A stretch of DNA of 64,000 nucleotides from Candidatus Cloacimonadales bacterium (lineage in GTDB: Bacteria; Cloacimonadota; Cloacimonadia; Cloacimonadales; JAIOQZ01), in assembly GCA_963674825.1 (NCBI GenBank), contig OY771587.1:1248001-1312000 (forward strand), in the 5' to 3' direction. This document shows positions 49,106 to 57,530 of the stretch, piece by piece. Position 1 is the stretch's first letter. Every line of letters starts with the position of its first letter. The position numbers and the translations under genes were made by a program. Below the pieces are notes generated by a model, which saw only the letters and a list, made by a program, of their open reading frames with translations, ran no database searches and had not been told where the DNA came from.

Positions 49106-50674
49106 ATGGAGATTGCCGGGATGGAAAATAGCAGAAGTATGCGTGAAGATATTGCACAGCAGCGTATCGCCCACTTGCGGGAACTTGCAGCGCAGGAAAA
49201 CGATCCGCAGGATAAGATCAAGCACCTTGCCGAGGCATTTGATTTACTTGATCAAGCTGATTTACCCGTAGAGGAACGAGAGAACGTTGTTCGCGAATAT
49301 ACCTTCGCAAACGAACGTCTCAACAGGCTTGATGAAAATATCGGGATCCTCGAATCCGAGATCGCGAACCTCCTTTCCGAAGATCTAAAAAGTGCTGCAT
49401 CATATTGGTTTATTGACCTGTCAAGATACTATTGTCTGACGAAAAAGTTCAGCAAATCGACCGAGACGATTCAACAGGGACTTCTGCTCTCTGAAGAAAT
49501 CGATAATGCCAGAACCAAGAGCGGACTGCTGCTTAACTACGGTCTGATCAACGTGACTATTAACGCGTACGACCGTGCACTGGAGAACTTCCTGCAAGTT
49601 ATCGATATTATCGAAGGAAAACCCAATCGAAAGCTGCTCATATCTGCGTACCTCAATCTAATCAACGTCAACAATAACCTCGGCATCTACGAGGACGCAC
49701 TTAAATTCGCTGACAAGGCAATCAAACTTGGCGAAGAACTCGATCTGAAAGCAGAACATGCAGCTGCCTATATCAACCGTGGTACTACGTATTCGAATAT
49801 GCGTCGATTCGACGAAGCAATTTCTGATTTCCACAAGGGAATCGAACTACTCGAAGAGTCTAACTTGATGCCGCAGTGGCTTTTGAATGGCTATGTCAAT
49901 CTAGCGAACATGTATATTCTCAAAGAACGCTACGACGAGGCCAACCAATGGCTCCAGAAGGCGTTACCCCTCACGAAAAGTACCTTTGACCCGAATCAGC
50001 AGGCATCGGTTCTCACGATCCTGGGTAAGCTTCACATCGAGAAAGATGATCTGAAAACAGCTTTGAAGTACCTCATTCAGGCCGAAGAACTGGTGGAAGA
50101 TCTCAACCTGAACGAAACCCGAACCCTCATATTCGAACAAATGGCTCGTCTTTATGGTAACATGCAGATGCAGGGAAAGCAGGCGGAATACCTCCAGAAA
50201 GTCATCGATATCATGCGCGACAGCTTCCCAGAAGACCTGAATAATCGAATCGCCAACCATAAGGTGCGTTGGGAAACCGAACGGAAAGAGCGTGAGTCTG
50301 AGCTTCTCCGCAAGAAAAACCAAGAATTGGAGCAGGTAAACGCCGAGCTGAAAGAGATGTATAACAAGCTTTCCGAAGCTCATGTTGAGATCCTCAAGCT
50401 GGAACGCAAGAACTCCATCTTCGCCATGGCTGTTACTGCCAACCACGAGATCAATCAACCACTGATGATCATCAAAGGCAATGTTGAGATGCTTGAGATG
50501 AAATACGGAAATGAGGAAATAGAACCTTACATTCACCGGATAGACAAAGCAACCATTCGCATCGAGCAGATTCTGACCCGCTACAAAGAGCAGCACGAAT
50601 ACAGCATGCAGAATTATTCCGACACTACGGAAATGGTTGTATTCGAGCAGAAAGACACTTCTTATGACAAATAA
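49106..50674 (+). CDS. Cytoplasmic TPR protein with C-terminal HisKA (DHp) domain, no ATPase domain
   Basis: MalT-like TPRs (AYLNL, AYINRG, GYVNLA), coiled coil, TANHEINQPL H-box, stop about 70 aa later. Confidence 0.8.
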   Translation: MEIAGMENSRSMREDIAQQRIAHLRELAAQENDPQDKIKHLAEAFDLLDQADLPVEERENVVREYTFANERLNRLDENIGILESEIANLLSEDLKSAASYWFIDLSRYYCLTKKFSKSTETIQQGLLLSEEIDNARTKSGLLLNYGLINVTINAYDRALENFLQVIDIIEGKPNRKLLISAYLNLINVNNNLGIYEDALKFADKAIKLGEELDLKAEHAAAYINRGTTYSNMRRFDEAISDFHKGIELLEESNLMPQWLLNGYVNLANMYILKERYDEANQWLQKALPLTKSTFDPNQQASVLTILGKLHIEKDDLKTALKYLIQAEELVEDLNLNETRTLIFEQMARLYGNMQMQGKQAEYLQKVIDIMRDSFPEDLNNRIANHKVRWETERKERESELLRKKNQELEQVNAELKEMYNKLSEAHVEILKLERKNSIFAMAVTANHEINQPLMIIKGNVEMLEMKYGNEEIEPYIHRIDKATIRIEQILTRYKEQHEYSMQNYSDTTEMVVFEQKDTSYDK

Positions 50675-50820
50675 ATTTACTTTAAACAGCAATCACGATG
50701 TCATAGGGATTTGATCCCGAATCCATTGCAATTTTTCCAGTTATTGCCATCCTTCCTAATCGCATTTTGTAAGTATTTCGTTAGCAGCAGATTATATCCT
50801 GGCGATGTCAAAAAAAGAAA

Positions 50821-50848
50821 TTGACAGGACAGATGCGGAACATAGATT
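50821..50848 (+). promoter_or_regulatory. Promoter TTGACA-16-TAGATT
   Basis: Upstream of the 50993 gene. Confidence 0.55.
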
Positions 50849-50992
50849 TATGGTGCTTTATATCGTGTGAATTGTATCTCTGCACGTGCAAATGGGTTAC
50901 GCTCAATAACCAGATAGAGCATTGATTGAAATAACGGAAAATGATTGGAATTCATTAAAATAGAAAGCAATAACTCAATCAAGGAGAACGAA

Positions 50993-53611
50993 ATGAAACA
51001 AAAAGGATTTATTCTCGTATTCATCCTTTTATGCAGCATCGTCAGTATATTCGCTGACTACACAGTGGACTTCGAAGCTGAAAGCAAGGGTTCCTATACC
51101 GCTGGTGAAGTTATTCTCAACGGTATCAACTGGAACCTCGACAACACTCTGATCGGCAACCTTTCCAATGACAAGAAAAATGGCACCAAGTCTGCACGTC
51201 TCAGACACATTGGCGCTATGACAATGCTTGAAGATAAGTCCGGTGGACTCGGAACCATTACTTTCCAGTATGCGAAATATGGTACCGACTCTGTTGCTCC
51301 AACTCTTCGCGTTGAATACAGCACCGATGGTGGCGCAAGCTGGATTCAGGTCGGAACAGACTTCGACACGAACACCCAAGCTGCTCTTACCGAATGGAGC
51401 CAGGAAGTCAACGTTGCCGGAAACGTACGTATTCGAATCACGTCCATCTCCGGAACTGTCGGAAAACGCGCGAATATCGATGATATCGTTTTGACAGATT
51501 ACGCTTCTTCTACCGAGTCCATCACAACCGGCGCAGTATCAACTGCACCGTTCAATCCTGGCAGCACTGGTTCTGTTGCGTTCACATCAAGCGGTAACTT
51601 CACTGCTGGCTGTGTTTTCTCCGCAATGCTTTCCGATGAAAACGGTGCTTTCGCAAGCGCGACTGAGATCGGAACCTACGTACTGGCAGCAGACGAAACC
51701 GATCCTTCCGGTTCGATCAACTTCACAATCCCGACTCCGATTACAGGTAGCGAAGATTACGCAATCCGCGTAGAATCCGATACCCCCGCGGTTCTCGGCG
51801 ATGAAAGCGCAAATTTCACCATAAACGGTGTAACTGTCACGCCTACCGACGCCCAATATCTTATCGTTGGTCAAGCCTTGACTCCCCTCTTTTATAATAT
51901 CGTTGGAAGCGCTTTAGACGGACAATGGTGTATCTCTGATGTTAGCGGTGGTCCCTATACCCTAACAGGTATAAATAGCAATCCGATAAACGGTGTAATG
52001 TCAACTCCAGGAACAGGTTATCTTGTGTTTGCCGCTGTATTCAATGAAGGTGTTATCTATAGCAATGAGGTTTTGATCGTTGTGACCGACGCTCCGACAA
52101 TTCCTTACCACGAAGACTTCTCGACCTTCCTTCCCGCAGGCTGGCAAAACAACAGCAACTGGTACAGCAGCAATTCAAGCTACGCTGGTGGTGTCGCTCC
52201 TGAAGCAACCATCGGCTACAGCACATATGCTGTTGGCGATAACCTCGTCTCCTGCCCGATCAATACATCCGGTTACACATCTCTGGATGTCAGCTGGTGC
52301 CAGAGCATCTCTACCTATTCAGGTGGAACCGGCGGCTTCCAGCTTGATCTTTACACCTCTACCGATGGCACGACATGGGGCAGCTCCGTTTGGACCTACC
52401 TCTATACTGGCGCTAACGATACTGCAAATCAGCAGACTACCATCGATGCAGCCGATGGTGTTGGAAGCTCAACCCTTTATCTGAAGTTTGAATTCACCTC
52501 TCAGGACAACAACCGTCTCTCTTTCTGGAATATCGACGAACTGATCGTGAAAAATTCCGCTCAAGAGCAGAATACACAGTCTGTTACCGCTGGCGACAGC
52601 AATGTCGATTTCGATTCACCGAACACGGGTATCGGCATCCAGTTCACCGGTATCGATACCGGTGGTAATGTAACAGTCGGTTTCTTCAATGAAGGCCCGA
52701 TCAACACCAATGGTATCACCGATGCCAATGTCGCGGTTTACCGCTGGCTTATCGATCCGGATTATACATTCGCATTCGGAACCGGCACAGCCACCATCGT
52801 CATCTACCTCGACAACGTTCCGCTTAACGGCGTTTCCGATCCCGCAAACGTCCACGTATGGCATCGCAGCGGCGAATATGAAGACTTCACCCTGATCGAT
52901 CCAGGCAGTGTTGTTTATGTCGAAGCAGAAAACGCGCTTTATGTTACGGTCTCCAGCTTCAGTGAATTCGTGTTCGGTAGCGACACACAGACCCTGCCGG
53001 TCGAATTGTCAGGATTCCAGGCGACTTACACCAGCTATGGATACGTCACCCTCGAATGGACGACCCAGTCTGAAAGCGACATGCTCGGTTACCGCGTACA
53101 TCGCAGCAACAACGATCAGCTCAGCCAGGCTCAGATGATCTCTGCTCAGATGGTTGAAGCTTACAACAACTCCGCCGAAACCATCTACAACTTCGACGAT
53201 ACCGATATCGAACTCGAAGCAACCTACTACTACTGGATCGAAGCTGTCGAACTCAACGGCTCCTCGATCATGTACGGACCAACCTCCGTTGTTGTCAGCG
53301 ACGACAACCAGGAAGGCGATACTCCGGAATATGCTACAGCCATGCCGCAGAACTCGCCGAATCCGTTTAACCCGACGACCACCATCCAGTTCTCGCTGAA
53401 AGACGATACATTCGTCAGCCTGAAGATCTACAACACTCGCGGTCAGCTCGTTAAGACCCTCGTCAACGAAGACAGACTCGCAGGTGAACAGGCTCCGATC
53501 GTCTGGAACGGTACCGACGAAAACGGAAATAACTGTGGTAGCGGTGTTTACTTCTACAAGCTCGAAACCAACAACAAGACCATCACGCGCAAGATGATGA
53601 TGATCAAGTAA
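50993..53611 (+). CDS. Secreted multidomain beta-sandwich protein with FlgD/T9SS-like CTD
   Basis: AAGGAG before ATG 50993; N-domain paralogous to 41612..44362; MAM/adhesin-like segment; SFSEF..TLPVELSGF; NSPNPFNP...RKMMMIK. Confidence 0.88.
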   Translation: MKQKGFILVFILLCSIVSIFADYTVDFEAESKGSYTAGEVILNGINWNLDNTLIGNLSNDKKNGTKSARLRHIGAMTMLEDKSGGLGTITFQYAKYGTDSVAPTLRVEYSTDGGASWIQVGTDFDTNTQAALTEWSQEVNVAGNVRIRITSISGTVGKRANIDDIVLTDYASSTESITTGAVSTAPFNPGSTGSVAFTSSGNFTAGCVFSAMLSDENGAFASATEIGTYVLAADETDPSGSINFTIPTPITGSEDYAIRVESDTPAVLGDESANFTINGVTVTPTDAQYLIVGQALTPLFYNIVGSALDGQWCISDVSGGPYTLTGINSNPINGVMSTPGTGYLVFAAVFNEGVIYSNEVLIVVTDAPTIPYHEDFSTFLPAGWQNNSNWYSSNSSYAGGVAPEATIGYSTYAVGDNLVSCPINTSGYTSLDVSWCQSISTYSGGTGGFQLDLYTSTDGTTWGSSVWTYLYTGANDTANQQTTIDAADGVGSSTLYLKFEFTSQDNNRLSFWNIDELIVKNSAQEQNTQSVTAGDSNVDFDSPNTGIGIQFTGIDTGGNVTVGFFNEGPINTNGITDANVAVYRWLIDPDYTFAFGTGTATIVIYLDNVPLNGVSDPANVHVWHRSGEYEDFTLIDPGSVVYVEAENALYVTVSSFSEFVFGSDTQTLPVELSGFQATYTSYGYVTLEWTTQSESDMLGYRVHRSNNDQLSQAQMISAQMVEAYNNSAETIYNFDDTDIELEATYYYWIEAVELNGSSIMYGPTSVVVSDDNQEGDTPEYATAMPQNSPNPFNPTTTIQFSLKDDTFVSLKIYNTRGQLVKTLVNEDRLAGEQAPIVWNGTDENGNNCGSGVYFYKLETNNKTITRKMMMIK

Positions 53612-53711
53612 TTTCGGCTTTGACGAAGTCAAAACGAAATGGTCGAACGATGTGACTTCGCGAAGAGAAGTCATGTTAGTGGAACATCGGCTTTGACGTA
53701 GTCAAAACGAT
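53612..53711 (+). repeat. Three-hairpin array (GNA-triloop repeat, spacer hairpin, GNA-triloop repeat)
   Basis: TTTGAC-GAA-GTCAAA; TGACTTC-GCGAAGA-GAAGTCA; TTTGAC-GTA-GTCAAA. Confidence 0.85.
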
Positions 53712-53725
53712 ACAGCATAATATAT

Positions 53726-53761
53726 GCCCCTTTCTTCAATCGAAGAAAGGGGCTTTTTTTT
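53726..53761 (+). terminator. Rho-independent terminator
   Basis: GCCCCTTTCTTC-AATC-GAAGAAAGGGGC plus T8. Confidence 0.9.
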
Positions 53762-53845
53762 ATAGGACTTTTTCCATCACTTTCTCCACAATCTTCTTGA
53801 CAGTTATTAAAATCCAGGACGATAATAGTAAAAAAGGATGGCATA

Positions 53846-56800
53846 ATGAGTAAGCTGATTATTGTCCTCGCGATGTTGATGTCTGGTTTGTTGCTTGCTG
53901 ATTTCACAATCGTCGAATCCTACCCTCTTCCTGATAATGCTTATTGCGCCGCTTCAGATGAAGAAGGAAATCTTTTCATCAATACATATGATGAAACCGG
54001 TGTCTCAGTCCTTCAGTTTAATCCTGCAGACAGCTCCGCAGTACTTGTTTTTACTTCTATGATCACGAATGCCAGTGATATGACTTGGGATGGCAACAGG
54101 AACTGCTTCTGGATGATCGATCAATCGGAGAACCCGAATGAACCAGCCCTTGCTAAAGCATTCAATATGCAAGGAGATCAGATACATTGCCATGAGCAAC
54201 CCGATCATTTCATGTCTGGAATTACTTGTGAGGGTGCTATATTTTACATTCTAACGTACGATAATCCTGATGGATATGTTTACGAGAAAGAGATAAACTA
54301 CGAATGCATAACAAACGAGTTCGAGTTACCAGCAAATCAACCATGTGGTGTTTGCATTGCAAATAACTACCTCTGGATCACCGATGTCGATGAAAATCTA
54401 ATTTTTAAAGTGAGTCGATACGACGGAACAGTCATGGATTCGTTTCCATCGCTAGGATCAAATCCTACAGGAATTACGTTTGATGGTGAGTATATTTGGT
54501 ATATTGATAAAGACATTTATGGTGAGTGCTGGCTACATAAGGTGGATTTAGGGCAACTCATTCCAATTGCAGAATTTAGCAGTGAGTCTTACGATTATGG
54601 CAATGTAATTATCAATCAGTCCGCATATGCTTCCATCGAGATTACAAATACGGGAGATGCACCGCTTATTTTCAGTCAGATCTATTCCGATTCGGACTCC
54701 CCGCTTGGTATGGATATCTCAGACTGGTATCTACCTCCCGGATACACTGGGAGTATTCAGTTCTCACTACTATTAGGACACTTAGGTGAATACAGCAGTA
54801 ATGTTTTTCTGGAGTCAAACGATAGCCAGTGCCCATCTCGTACGTTCCCACTAACAGCCTATGGCCTCAATCTGACACAGGATATCGATTGCACTCCAGT
54901 AATCGAATTCAGCGATGTCCGAGCAACTTCGCTAACAAGCCGGAAGCTTCGAATCTCAAATCAGGGCATCGATAATCTCACCATTTACAATATCGAACTG
55001 AGCAATGATGTCGTTAGCCTGGAATACAATGAGCCATTCCCAATATCAATCTCCACACGTGACACACTTGATGTAAGGCTTTGGCTGAACACCAATGATG
55101 CAACGGAACCAACATGTGATATCTACGTTTTTTCCAATGATATCGATGAACCGATCGTAACGATCCCAATCGAAATATCGATCATTCCATTTGATGACGA
55201 AATCGGCAGCCAATATTGGAGCTTCCTGGCAAACGGTAGTGGAGAAGCAATAACCGCATTGATGAAATTCATCGATCTGAATGGAGACGGAAAATCTGAA
55301 GTCGTAGTATCGGATAGCGATCATCATCTATATTGCTTGAACGGTAACGGAAGCGATCAAGCGGATGTGATATGGAGCATTAATTTCGAAGATTATGGAT
55401 ATGGTGGTGGCAGCATAGTTCATGAACGTAACCTGATCATTGTCGATGATGTGAATCAGGATGGAATCGACGATATTGGAGTAGGTACCGATCGCCCTAA
55501 TTGCGCAGTCTATATCCTTGACGGAAGAACTGGAAACATGATATGGAGCCATTATTCAAGCGAATTTAGTATGTTTTCCTTTCCCGTCGGGAGCCTTGAT
55601 AGTAGAAGAGATTTCAATGGAGATGGTTGTAAAGATGTTCTCGCTGTTTGGTACGATAATTTACCAGATTGCAATATCCCCATCGTACTATATGATGGCA
55701 TTACCGGTAGCCCCATCTGGATGAGCGAAAGCGACTTCTACGCAACAAAACAGGCAATATCGATCAGCGATCAAAACAATGATGAAATACCTGATGTGGT
55801 GGCCATCCGCTCTCTGTATAATTACTCAGAACTTTGTGTGATCTCCGGTGAAAATGGAGTTGTACTTGAGACTTATTCGAGCCAACACGAATTGGGGAAT
55901 CTTATTGAGCTAAAGGATGTCTCGGGTGAAGGCCTTAATGATTTCATGTTTACAATATCCAACACTGACTTCGCTTCAATCTTTGCAATGAGATGCGACC
56001 TCGGTACTCTCTGGGATTATTTTATTGTTCAATCAGCTGTGACCGGCTTAGAAAAAGCAACTGAAGCAGGTAGCGAGTATATAATTCCCGTCTTGTCGAC
56101 AAGTGATGAAGGAATTGTGTTAAACGCGAGTTCCGGTGAAGAAATGATATCTTATCCCCTTTCAGGAGAAACCTTTGTAAGTTCCCCAATCAGAGATATC
56201 AATGGTGACGGACATTTTGATATCCTGAACGGAAATAGTGATCACCAAATACAAGCGTACTCAGGTTCAAATGGATTTCTCATCTGGGACGATACCATGG
56301 ACGCTCTGGTTCTGAAAGCGATTGATATCAGCGATCTGGATAGCAACAACAGCAATGAAATGCTCCTTGGTCTATGTAACGGGACAATCGTTTGTCTATC
56401 TGGAGGCATCAACGCATCAGCTCCCATGGCATCTGTCCAGTTAAATGTCACGACAAATTCAGAGGACGATCCTATTGGGGCAGAATATCTTTTGATTGGA
56501 CCCGATAGTTTTTCTGGAGAAATTCCTTCCGGTGGATCTGTGTTGATTGACAATGTTCCTTTGGGGACATACAATCTACTGGTTACCAAATCACAGTACG
56601 ATGACATTCTCATAGAAAATCTCATTGTCGAAGAAGATATTATCGAAGATCTATTATTGATAGAGACAATTTCTCCAGTGGAAAATTTCCGTGCCCAACT
56701 TGATGGCGGCAACCTCATACTATTATGGGGCAATGCGAGAACACGCGCCAACAAGGATAATAGGGAAGATATGCTTTCAAGAGACAGGCTTTCTACAAGA

Positions 56801-57259
56801 ATATACCTGAATGAAGAGATCTATGCTGAGCTGGATGCCGATCAACAGCAACTCGTGATAGAGGATATCGCAGGTGGGACGTATCATTTCGCAGCAACAT
56901 ATCTCTATAATACTGGAGAATCGGATCCCACAGAAATCGAGGTTGTGGTAGTGGGTAACGACCCCGGCTTCGTTACCTATAATACAACGCTCTATAGCAA
57001 CTCGCCGAATCCGTTCAACCCGACGACCACCATCCAGTTCTCGCTGAAAGACGACACATTCGTCAGCCTGAAGATCTACAACACCCGCGGTCAGCTCGTT
57101 AAGACCCTGGTCAACGAAGACAGACTCGCCGGCGAACAGGCTCCGATCGTCTGGAATGGTACCGACGAAAACGGAAATAACTGTGGTAGCGGTGTTTACT
57201 TCTACAAGCTCGAAACTAACAACAAGACCATCACGCGCAAGATGATGATGATCAAGTAA
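53846..57259 (+). CDS. Secreted multidomain protein, diverged paralogue of 45472..48870 carrying the CTD of 50993..53611
   Basis: Collinear motifs (PDHFMSGI, ITNTGDA, LYCLNGN, DLNGDG, VTTNSEDDP); last 86 aa identical to the upstream gene. Confidence 0.88.
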   Translation: MSKLIIVLAMLMSGLLLADFTIVESYPLPDNAYCAASDEEGNLFINTYDETGVSVLQFNPADSSAVLVFTSMITNASDMTWDGNRNCFWMIDQSENPNEPALAKAFNMQGDQIHCHEQPDHFMSGITCEGAIFYILTYDNPDGYVYEKEINYECITNEFELPANQPCGVCIANNYLWITDVDENLIFKVSRYDGTVMDSFPSLGSNPTGITFDGEYIWYIDKDIYGECWLHKVDLGQLIPIAEFSSESYDYGNVIINQSAYASIEITNTGDAPLIFSQIYSDSDSPLGMDISDWYLPPGYTGSIQFSLLLGHLGEYSSNVFLESNDSQCPSRTFPLTAYGLNLTQDIDCTPVIEFSDVRATSLTSRKLRISNQGIDNLTIYNIELSNDVVSLEYNEPFPISISTRDTLDVRLWLNTNDATEPTCDIYVFSNDIDEPIVTIPIEISIIPFDDEIGSQYWSFLANGSGEAITALMKFIDLNGDGKSEVVVSDSDHHLYCLNGNGSDQADVIWSINFEDYGYGGGSIVHERNLIIVDDVNQDGIDDIGVGTDRPNCAVYILDGRTGNMIWSHYSSEFSMFSFPVGSLDSRRDFNGDGCKDVLAVWYDNLPDCNIPIVLYDGITGSPIWMSESDFYATKQAISISDQNNDEIPDVVAIRSLYNYSELCVISGENGVVLETYSSQHELGNLIELKDVSGEGLNDFMFTISNTDFASIFAMRCDLGTLWDYFIVQSAVTGLEKATEAGSEYIIPVLSTSDEGIVLNASSGEEMISYPLSGETFVSSPIRDINGDGHFDILNGNSDHQIQAYSGSNGFLIWDDTMDALVLKAIDISDLDSNNSNEMLLGLCNGTIVCLSGGINASAPMASVQLNVTTNSEDDPIGAEYLLIGPDSFSGEIPSGGSVLIDNVPLGTYNLLVTKSQYDDILIENLIVEEDIIEDLLLIETISPVENFRAQLDGGNLILLWGNARTRANKDNREDMLSRDRLSTRIYLNEEIYAELDADQQQLVIEDIAGGTYHFAATYLYNTGESDPTEIEVVVVGNDPGFVTYNTTLYSNSPNPFNPTTTIQFSLKDDTFVSLKIYNTRGQLVKTLVNEDRLAGEQAPIVWNGTDENGNNCGSGVYFYKLETNNKTITRKMMMIK

Positions 57260-57409
57260 TTTCGGCTTTGACGAAGTCAAAACGAAATGGTCGAACGATG
57301 TGACTTCGCGAAGAGAAGTCATGTTAGTGGAACATCGGCTTTGACGTAGTCAAAACGATACAGCACAATATATGCCCCTTTCTTCAATCGAAGAGAGGGG
57401 CTTTTTTTT
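56999..57409 (+). repeat. 411-bp direct repeat copy 2
   Basis: See 53351-53761; includes hairpin array 57260-57359 and terminator 57374-57409. Confidence 0.95.
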
Positions 57410-57530
57410 GTCATAACATTATCCGTGGAATCATCTCAATTTTTCTTGACATCGGAATAACAATTCGCAACAAATTGTCGTGAAGGCATTTTCAACCAGA
57501 CCACAACACGCTTTTTCACAGGAGGGATTT

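Larger units (their letters stand above)
53351..53761 (+). repeat. 411-bp direct repeat copy 1 (CTD coding sequence + hairpin array + terminator)
   Basis: Matches 56999-57409 with 10 substitutions by manual comparison. Confidence 0.95.

Noticed and set aside
53612..53711. Mini CRISPR array
   Set aside because: Only two repeats per locus, the spacer is itself a hairpin and identical at both loci, and there are no cas genes.
53351..57409. Diversity-generating retroelement TR/VR pair
   Set aside because: Differences are not adenine-specific (mostly C/T at third positions), all coding changes are synonymous, and no reverse transcriptase is present.
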